From assembly GCA_046715235.1 (NCBI GenBank), contig JBKJZO010000040.1, forward strand, positions 1 through 58,852: 58,852 nt of DNA. The letters run 5' to 3'. The position numbers were made by a program, and so were the translations under genes. Positions within the stretch are counted from its first letter, which is position 1. Each line of letters begins with the position of its first letter. Under the pieces are notes generated by a model, which ran no database searches, was not told the DNA's origin, and saw nothing but the letters and a program-made list of their open reading frames with translations. Shown here piece after piece: positions 58,388 through 58,852 of the stretch. Source of the DNA: Mycobacteriales bacterium. Its GTDB lineage: Bacteria; Actinomycetota; Actinomycetes; BP-191.

Positions 58388-58852
58388 GTGGTTGTCCCCG
58401 GGTGCGACTCCGAGCAGACTCGGAATGTGCACACCACCGGGCCCGTCGTCGGCCGCGAGTTCTCTGATCTGCTCCACCGCGGGCTGAACATCGACTCCTT
58501 CTTCGACGCCGCCGACCGAATTTTGGCGGCGGTGGTGCCGTTCGACGCATCCTGTTGGCTGGGACTTGATCCAGCGACCCTGCTCCCCACGAGTCATTTC
58601 ACCCGGGAACCCGACGCCGACCTGCTGATGCGGATCGCTGCGAACGAGTTCCTCGAGGAGGACGTCAACAAGTTCGCAGACCTGGCACGGGCGCAGCGAC
58701 CGGTCGGCCTGATGAGTGAAGCCACCGGAGGAGTTCCGACGGTGAGCAAGCGATACCGGGAGATCCTGGCGCCGCACGGCTACGCGGACGGCGACGAACT
58801 GCGGGCAGTCTTCTTCAACAGTGGTGCGGCGTGGGGCTGCGTCGTCCTGCAT
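58388..58852 (+). CDS. 5' part of a regulator-like gene (N-terminal GAF-like sensor region of actinobacterial LuxR-type proteins), truncated by the window end; absent from the ORF track
   Basis: By hand translation the frame is open from GTG 58388 (or GTG 58427) to the last base, with no stop. It ends on a complete codon and has high third-position GC. The product is ...VVGREFSDLLHRGLNIDSFFDAADRILAAVVPFDASCWLGLDPATLLPTSHF...DELRAVFFNSGAAWGCVVLH. The functional label comes from remembered family patterns only. Confidence 0.55.
   Translation, partial: MVVPGCDSEQTRNVHTTGPVVGREFSDLLHRGLNIDSFFDAADRILAAVVPFDASCWLGLDPATLLPTSHFTREPDADLLMRIAANEFLEEDVNKFADLARAQRPVGLMSEATGGVPTVSKRYREILAPHGYADGDELRAVFFNSGAAWGCVVLH

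Noticed and set aside
58340-58852. 170-aa minus-strand ORF at the right edge
   Set aside because: The opposite strand carries a stop-free, protein-like frame. The minus-strand product is low complexity, and its ATG at the last base of the window looks coincidental.

Overview
High-GC actinobacterial chromosome segment centred on the replication origin. From about 13.8 kb to 55.9 kb the gene order is the conserved actinobacterial oriC neighbourhood. As far as I recall, it is collinear with Streptomyces coelicolor SCO3873-SCO3909 and matches M. tuberculosis Rv0001-Rv0007, Rv3907c-Rv3924c and Rv0046c-Rv0056. The order is: tRNA-Ala, a tiny DLW-39-like ORF, tRNA-Ile, DUF3566, gyrA, gyrB, DUF721/DciA, recF, gnd-like, dnaN, dnaA | rpmH, rnpA, yidD, yidC, jag, rsmG, two parS sites, parA, parB, GNAT, cwlM, trxA, trxB, anti-sigma/ECF sigma, pseudokinase, murJ, Rv3909-like, NUDIX, YbaK-like, CCA enzyme, MFS, ino1, PadR, DUF5318, ponA, two GT-C membrane glycosyltransferases, rpsF-ssb-rpsR-rplI. 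DnaA-box clusters lie on both sides of dnaA, and an AT-rich patch sits next to dnaN. The left 13.7 kb is a non-core block. It holds two divergent TasA/camelysin-like paralogues, one of them absent from the ORF track because it runs off the window edge. It also holds a SipW-type signal peptidase fused in frame to a second TasA-type signal peptide plus two LamG domains, a SIMPL protein, a PRTase-SnoaL fusion, a PadR/DUF1700 pair, a lipoprotein and an IaaM-like flavin amine oxidase. A cAMP module completes it: a zinc-ribbon/class III cyclase/AAA/TPR giant next to a stand-alone cNMP-binding protein. The right end carries a 7-blade repeat protein, a PPOX-family protein, a cupin and a second untracked partial CDS (LuxR-type N-terminal sensor-like). 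I found no CRISPR array, transposase, integrase or rRNA. Many long ORFs in the track are antisense or shadow ORFs typical of high-GC DNA, and I did not call them. Several starts were moved downstream of the first in-frame M of the track. All functions are inferred from motifs read by eye. No database search was run.
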